Positions 56,353 through 64,000 of a stretch of 64,000 nucleotides of DNA are shown here, piece after piece. Both the position numbers and the translations under genes were made by a program. Below the pieces are notes generated by a model, which made no database searches, was not told the origin of the DNA, and was given only the letters and a program-made list of their open reading frames with translations. The stretch lies in the NCBI RefSeq assembly GCF_002113885.1, contig NW_018408899.1:2118278-2182277 (forward strand), read 5' to 3'. How positions within the stretch are numbered: position 1 is the stretch's first letter; every line of letters starts with the position of its first letter. Origin of the DNA: Mizuhopecten yessoensis (taxonomy: Eukaryota).

Positions 56353-57895
56353 TGGTACTTCCTTTGGTACAGGACAGCAGAGAGCATACCCAGTACTTCC
56401 CTTGGTAAAAGACAGCAGAGAGTATACATGGTACTTCCCTTTGTGCAGGACAGCTGAGAGAACAGCAGAGAGCATGCCCAGTGCTTCCCTTGGTAAAAGA
56501 CAGCAGAGAGCATACATGGTACTTCCCTTGGTGCAGGACAGCAGAGAGAACAGCAGAGAGCATGCCCAGTACTTCCCTAGGTACAGGACAGCAGAGGGCA
56601 TACATGGTACTTCCCTTGGTACAAGACAGCAGAGAGCATACATGGTACTTCCCTTGGTACAGGACAGCAGAGAGTATACATGGTACTTCCCTTGGTACAG
56701 GACAGCAGAGAGTATACATGGTACTTCCCTTGGTACAGGACAGCAGAGAACATGCCCAGTACTTCCCTTGGTAAAAGACAGTAGAGAGTATACATGGTAC
56801 TTCCCTTGGTACAGGACAGCAGAGAACATACATAGTACTTCCCTTGGTACAAGACAGTAGAGAGTATACATAGTACTTCCCTTGGTACAGAACAGCAGAG
56901 AACATGCCCAGTACTTCCCTTGGTAAAAGACAGTAGAGAGTATACATGGTACTTCTCTTGGTACAAGACAGCAGAGAACATACATTGTACTTCCCTTGTT
57001 ACAAGACAGCAGAGAACATACATAGTACTTCCCTTGGTACAGGACAGCAGAGAACATACATAGTACTTCGCTTGGTACAGGACAGCAGAGAACATGCCCA
57101 GTACTTCCCTTGGTAAAAGACAGTAGAGAGTACACATGGTACTTCTCTTGGTACAAGACAGTAGAGAGCATACATAGTACTTCCCTTGGTACAAGACAGT
57201 AGAGAGTATACATAGTACTTCCCTTGGTACAGGACAGTAGAGAACATACATAGTACTTCTCTTGGTACAAGACAGTAGAGAGTATACATAGTAGTTCCCT
57301 TGGTACAGGACAGCAGAGAGCATGCCCAGTACTTCCCTTGGTACAAGACAGCAGAGAACATGCCCAGTACCTCCCTTGGTACAGGACAGCAGAGAGCATG
57401 CTCAGTACTTCCCTTGGTACAAGACAGCAGAGAGCATACATGGTACTTCCCTTGGTACAAGACAGCAGAGAACATGCCCAGTACTTCCCTTGGTACAGAA
57501 CAGCAGAGAGCATACATGGTACTATCCTTGGTACAAGACAGCAGAGAACATGCCCAGTACCTCCCTTGGTAAAGGACAGCAGAGAGCATGCTCAGTACTT
57601 CCCTTGGTACAAGACAGCAGAGAGCATACATGGTACTTCCCTTGGTACAAGACAGCAGAGAACATACATGGTACTTTTCTTGGTACAGGACAGCAGAGAG
57701 CATACATGGTACTTCCCTTGGTACAAGACAGTAGAGAGTATACATAGTACTTCCCTTGGTACAGGACAGCAGAGAGCATGCCCAGTACTTCCCTTGGTAC
57801 AAGACAGCAGAGAGAACAGCAGAGAGCATGCCCAGTATTTCCCTTGGTACAAGACAGCAGACATGGTACTTCCTTCGGCACAGTACAGCAGAGAG
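56353..57895. repeat. 38-bp minisatellite (~40 copies)
   Basis: Unit GTACTTCCCTTGGTACAGGACAGCAGAGAGCATACATG; source of many spurious ORFs. Confidence 0.95.
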
Positions 57896-58037
57896 CCGAA
57901 TATTTTTTGTACATAAACAAGTGACACAGTTGTCAAATTTTGTGTAGAGGTACCAGACACATCTTAAGATTATCTTGCCTGGAGTACAAGAAATAATCGT
58001 CTTAAAAGTGAATTTTTCGAGATTAACTAGAATATCT

Positions 58038-58990
58038 AACAAGAGCTGTTGGAGAACAGCATAGCTTGCCTATTGGTGATATATGTTGTAAGATTGCAAA
58101 TATCAATAGAAACACATGTACAGTAAAACAACAATATAGTTCTCCTCATTTCAGTTGCCACCTCGCCTATAGCCTACATGTAACAAGGTCCTTTAACTAT
58201 GTTTTTCTGAAGAATTCCTTTATACATTTCCTTGAACTTATTGCCAAACCCCTTTATAATGCCAACATTTCTTGGAAGAAATGATGGCAATATAACAAGG
58301 TGTTGCTGTACCTTAACATGTTAGAAGAGAAGACCAGCCAATATGAAATAGTCAACAGGGTATTGATGGTGGTGACTGATTCAACACTGCACAAAAAAAC
58401 CTTGCCTGAAAACTTAAACCAAGTCCAACTAACCAGTTTTGGTCCCAGAAAAAAATGAAATAATAGTTCAGAACATTGCTTACACTCCAAATAAATACTA
58501 CAACCTTATAATAGGCAACAGCCTATTGATGGTGGTGATCCAACACTTCACAAAAAAAGAATTCCCAAGAACTTTAACTTCTCAAGCTTACCCAAAAACT
58601 TTTAACTTAGTCCAATTAAGCTTTTTTGGCCCCTAAGATATGAAAATATGGTCCAAAACATTGCTAACACTCCATATAAATACTTTAACCTCATAATAGA
58701 CAATAGCCTATTGATGGTGGTGATCCAACCCTACAAAACAAAAACTTGCCCAAAAACTATAACCTCAAGCCTCAACAAATTTAACCAAGTCCAATTAAGC
58801 TGTTTTTTGCCCCTAAAATATGGTCCAGCATATTGCTTACACTCGAAAAAAATGCCTTAACCTCATAATAGACAACTGTGTATTTGAGTGTGGTGATCCA
58901 ACACTGTCTGGAAAAAAAGCGCAGAAGGTGCGACGCTGACGTTGGGGCGACTACATTAGCATCCCTATTCTCCGAATAGGCGAGCTAAAA
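58038..58990 (-). mobile_element. Helentron-like (HINE) element, divergent family
   Basis: AACAAGAGCTGTTGGAGAACAGC hairpin end, ~170-bp internal repeats, CCTATTCTCCGAATAGGCGAGCTAAAA end. Confidence 0.65.
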
Positions 58991-60621
58991 ATGGACACGA
59001 TAGAAATAGAAATAATTTATTATGTCTCGTTAGTATAAAGCTGTGATGCAGAGATATTGAAAAATCTTATATGCCAATTGGCTGTTATATTTATAGATTT
59101 ATACAAACAACAGCGTCATATTTTCTGTAAACTGAGCATCCGGATTGATGGGTCAGACAAAAAACTACTATGTAATCATGTTTTATAAGTTGTTGCCTGC
59201 TGTCTACAAACCGAAAAGTGTCAAGCCATTATTTGATCATGATGGGACTTCACTTGTGATGATTCAAAGGCTGCATGAAAGATTACACATTGTAGTATTG
59301 TTAAAGACGACATTTGTCATGCTGGGTTGATCGGTTTTGATCAAGAATACGTAGACTAGTTTTGACACATTATATGTGTCGTCATCAGGACACTCGATCA
59401 GCATTACGTTGTCAGGGTCATCTTTTCCTATTGATAACGCTACTACTACGGCCGGACTCTTGTATTCCTTGTGGAATCTGTCTGCTCGGCATCACAGAAC
59501 TCCACTGAACTCTTTGTACGGACGCTGGATCTGACCCAATCCCCGTACATTGTAGTATTGTCTACACATTCTGTATCGCATCATCTGTGACGATATGTCG
59601 TTCTTTAATATGAAATTTTTCAATTCCTATTGATTAATTTTCCTACGTCACATAGCATGCAGAACTTCTGTACACAAATAAGGACTACACATATTGATAC
59701 AGAAACCATTTAATTAGTAAATCAGATGAACACATGAAGTCTACACTTGTACTTCAAAAAAGAAAAAAAACATGGGAAAAAAATTATTACAAAAGGTGGT
59801 TCTCAATTTCATAATATATCTGATACGATTAGATGTATTCTATACATGGTTTGTAAACTGTACAATACTTTAGCAAAAATTAAGCTATCTCTTTAGGAAA
59901 AACTCATTTAGATTCTAGAGTTTTCCTACTAATTTCAAATTCACAAAGTTTTCTAATACCGGTACCCCCAAAAAAAGGAAACATAAAACAGACATTGTGA
60001 AATTGATTCGGCATTCACATGAAATCTGTGTAACTTGTAAATAGGTACTACGGCTCCAGCTAAAAATTGTATATGGGTAGTTTTGACCCCTTGAATGAAT
60101 CACAGAAGTTGTAAGTAAACAATTCTTTCAAAGCATTATACATTATATTAAAAAAAGGTTCAATTTATACCTGTTGGATAGTTAAAGCTTCAGGTTTGAC
60201 AGAAAATAGGATGAAAAATATTTAAGTTCTAAGGTTTGTTGGAAAAGCTCACCAACATGGGTACATCATAAAGCTAACTATGGTAAACAGGAGGTAAAGC
60301 TTACTATACATACTATTTCTCTTGATAAAGCTCGCTGGAGAAAATCCTGATAGTACATTGATTGGCTGTGGCAAACAATGGCCACAATGAATTCTAGATA
60401 TATCCTGAGGTTAGTATAATGATATAATATCTAAATGAGAAAATATATCCAAACATAAGATGTGCTACTATATCAATTTATTAGGAAATTACAATAATGC
60501 CCAATATATTAATTCAAAAAAAGGAATAAAACAGGTTTTTTGGTGTAATATAATCTACATAACCAGCCAATGATCATCAAGGAATTTAAAGAAATATCGG
60601 ATTCATATTTTGATTTACCAT

Positions 60622-60712
60622 TTAACCCTTTCACCCCTATGTAACTTAAGTAGACTCTACCATGCATTGATATGGATGTGTCCATTATGGTCTACAGTGG
60701 TGAAAGGGTTAA
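60622..60712 (+). mobile_element. piggyBac-type MITE copy
   Basis: TTAA-CCCTTTCACC...GGTGAAAGGG-TTAA. Confidence 0.8.
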
Positions 60713-61574
60713 CAACAGTTTGAATAAATCCTTTTGAAATAAAGTCAAGCTCTAACATGGATGATTTCTGAGTATGTACCTGTTCGAATGGCTTAACTCA
60801 ATAACCCCTGAAAACACATTTGAACTCTTTCAATTCAAAGGTTGGAATAGTTCATTATGGGGCTTGAGATATACCGGCCTGGCTTGTGCAGCTGTTGTAT
60901 ATTTGGCTGTAGCTGCCAGAGGATTTACAAATGTGCGGTAGAAATATATTGCAATGTAGTGCAAAGTATAATGTTTGACATACTTACCAATCATAAATCA
61001 ATAAGTGCGTAACTCAACAGAGGAAACCATCATTATACATGTATTTATTTATACCATTAGCAGGTGTCATACAGTATTTGTATGACAAAAGTGACCCAAA
61101 ACTATATTACCTGTCTAGTTTATGGAGAAAATGTCGCTGGAAAAAGTCAAACATCCTATTTCTATTGACTTGAATGGATCTCAGTTTATATTAATTACCT
61201 TAAGAACTCTTTTAATATATGTATAGGTTTGCTGTCATAAACATTATGCAAAAACTGTGTTATTACTTGTACAACATGACTACCAGTGCTGTACCTTAAG
61301 TTGATGATTTAATGTCAGTATGAAAAGCACTAGAATAACATACCACTAGGTACAGTTTACACAATACGAGGCAATTTCATGGCAGTGCAATTTGCTGTTG
61401 TACACAGGTTTTATTATTAAATAGAACTGAATGAAAATTTGTAGAGAAGATTTTTATTACATATAGTTATATTATAGGTAGCCTATTTTATCAGACCATA
61501 AATTGACCCCGAGTGAATTTTCTTTTATATTTTTCATAAAAAAACTCTGCAAAATCAGGTTTAGTGTTGTGAAG

Positions 61575-61950
61575 GTTGAAAGTGTGAAAGCTTTAACTTG
61601 TAGATCTCGGTGTGTGTAAGGCTTAATGTGTAAGTCTCTGTGTCTAGAGTGTGATAAGCTTAGAGTGTGTAAGGCTGTGTGTCAGTAAGTTTAAAGCGTA
61701 AGGCTGTGTGTGTAAAACTCTGTGTGTTGAATTTAAATCTGAAAGTGTGTAAAACTGTGTGTGTAAAACTTAATAGGCAAGACTGTGTGTGTAAGCTTAA
61801 TAGGCAAGACTGTGTGTGTAAGCTTAATTGCATGACTTATGAGCAAGACAGTGTGTCAGTAAGCTTAAAGTGTGTAAAGCTTAATGTGTAAAACTCTTTG
61901 TGTAACTGTAAAATGTGTAGGGCTTAATGAGCAAGACTCAATGTGTAAGT
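61575..61950. repeat. Degenerate TG-rich short tandem repeat
   Basis: Recurring CTGTGTGTGTAAGCTTAA variants. Confidence 0.7.
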
Positions 61951-63199
61951 TTGCCATATGGTATGAGGCAAGTGACCACACTGAATTGATTTTGAACGAT
62001 AGATGAGAAGAGGTATCCCTGGAGTAGAGAGTATAACGCTCGAGAAGCTAACACAACAGTGATTCTATAATATCAACAGTTAATATCATGTTAGGTTAAT
62101 ATATGTATCATAAAACAGGTTACGATGTGTTACAATTGTGGGCATACAAAGAAAAAACATATTCCGGTATAAAAAAAAATCAAATAAAAAGACTTCACAA
62201 TTGCACATGTAATTCAAAATTTGTTGATAGCTTTCCAAGTTTGCGTCAATGTTGTCTGCTTAGTTGTATCAACAATTACATAAATGTATATCTATGTTCA
62301 AAATACCAAACAGGATGTTTAATTATCTATTAGTCATGATGAAGATTATTACAACAAAAACAATAACAATCTAGTGCTTAGTAAAGACTATATGTTGTCA
62401 ATCTACCTTTGATATTTCATCTAATGTAAACACATTTATATACTGTTATATAGCACAGCATAAATTAAGTTAGTATTGTATAATAGTGTAAGTATTGTAT
62501 AATAGTGTAATCTGTTTAAACCGTCTGATCCACTAACCTGTATAAACCAGACCTTCATCACGGTACATTGATGTATAATCCACAAACCAGATTTGGATCA
62601 ATCATATGCTTTTTTTATGCGAGCTGAACCTGTTTATTCCCAACTTTTTTATTTCCAATAAATACAGTAACAGCTCATCTACACCAGGTTTTCGTATTAG
62701 ACAAATTTCACTCAACACATAACCATTGCATAATCTAGGACGCATTCCTTTTTACACAGCAGAAGCTTGGTTATACGAACAGATCTACAAAAAATAACCT
62801 TTTTTTCTGAAACCACTTGGTCTGGATTAGAGAGGTTCTGCTGTATCCAAACTCTGGTATCCTTTTATACCCAACAGTAATACATTGTATATGATACATT
62901 GTACAATGTAAGAAAATCTAGAAACATTTTTACCCTGCAATACATTTATCTCCAACTCTACAATTATCCTTGAACGCAATGTATTATTGTCATAAAAAGC
63001 TACTACAGATAGAAATATCACAAACAACTTTTTTTTTCAAAGATAGGAAGTGATCTTTTAGTATTAATATGTACAATTCATATATTTGGTAGGATTACAA
63101 TTATTTAGCTTGGCACTCATACAAACACAAAAGTAATAACAACAAAAACAAAAAAACTTTTATATCTACATATAAATTGTAAAAAAGAACATTTCTCCA

Positions 63200-63290
63200 T
63201 TAATCTTTTCACCCCTAGGTAACTTTAGTAGACTCTACCATCCATTTATCTGGACGAGTCCATTGTGGTCCACAGTGGTGAAAGGGTTAA
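63200..63290 (+). mobile_element. piggyBac-type MITE copy
   Basis: TTAA-TCTTTTCACC...GGTGAAAGGG-TTAA. Confidence 0.75.
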
Positions 63291-64000
63291 CGACCATCAG
63301 CAAGTTATCTCTCCCATTATTATGAAGTATTAGTTCAACATTCATCACTTTTTGAGTTCAACAAATTCTCTCTTTGGGCGTTTTGTTTGCAATAATTGAG
63401 ACGGAGCCAATCTGTTCAGTTCATGCAGTATCTTGTAGCATACATTTCACCAATGCACTTGACTGTTTCCTACTCATCAAAGATACCAATGTACAAAACA
63501 ATGTATTTCATACAAACAAGTTAACTCGAGGGAATTCATGTACCTTTGTCAGATTTAATTTTGTCATATATGAAATACCAGGGTAAAATAATCAGATTTA
63601 ATCAATATTTTTGTAGTATTAGAGTAAAAGTCTCATTCCAATTATTGATACTGCCAGTATTAAGGTAACGGATACCAATTCATAAGTTGTTATCATGAAA
63701 TTGAGGTTTTTTTACTTGGGGTATTCTACCTTCTCTATAAAGATCAACAAGAGTTTTTCTGGCTTAGAGTAACTTCCCCTGTCAAGTCTTCAGATGGCTT
63801 TGCTGCCCATAAATTCAATCATTGGATACTAATTCTGCTGCTATGATTCTATTATCACTGAACGACATCATCTGTAAGATGTAAGCTTTGTTGTAATGCA
63901 AAGGTCCAAAGTTTGACCCCTGCAATTTTTCTGTTTTTTGTTTTTTTTATTTCCATTTCAAACATTTAAACTTCAAACAATTATAATTTTGTAAAATGCA

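Noticed and set aside
56263-58042. Long Cys-rich ORFs (up to 416 aa)
   Set aside because: Translations of a 38-bp minisatellite in shifting frames; no splice or domain support.
63300-64000. Possible terminal exon of a minus-strand gene
   Set aside because: No sustained reading frame or recognisable motif; may be UTR but cannot be supported.

Overview
AT-rich animal genomic DNA, probably a bivalve mollusc (inferred from its repeat families). It holds three conserved spliced host genes: LEPROT/Vps55 (endospanin; +, 9530-15332), BABAM1/MERIT40 (-, 25460-36821) and membralin TMEM259 (+, 40178-49721). BABAM1 and TMEM259 lie head-to-head. The main feature is a ~6.26-kb TIR-bounded DNA transposon (2696-8955). 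It carries two intact genes in tandem on the minus strand: a 704-aa RAG1/Transib-like DDE transposase with RAG1-like residue spacing and a C-terminal CCHC tail, and a 3-exon ~240-aa partner with a chromo-barrel (Tudor-knot) motif where a RAG2-like gene might be expected. Other notable observations are: an apparent 1-nt microexon (11736) needed to keep LEPROT in frame; several miniature LTR elements with tRNA-derived LTRs; P-element-type excision footprints; and minisatellites that start at 5' splice sites and multiply them. The rest is an L2 LINE fragment with an assembly gap, a CORE-like SINE, Helentron-like non-autonomous elements, MITEs and minisatellites. All gene models were built by eye and no database searches were run.
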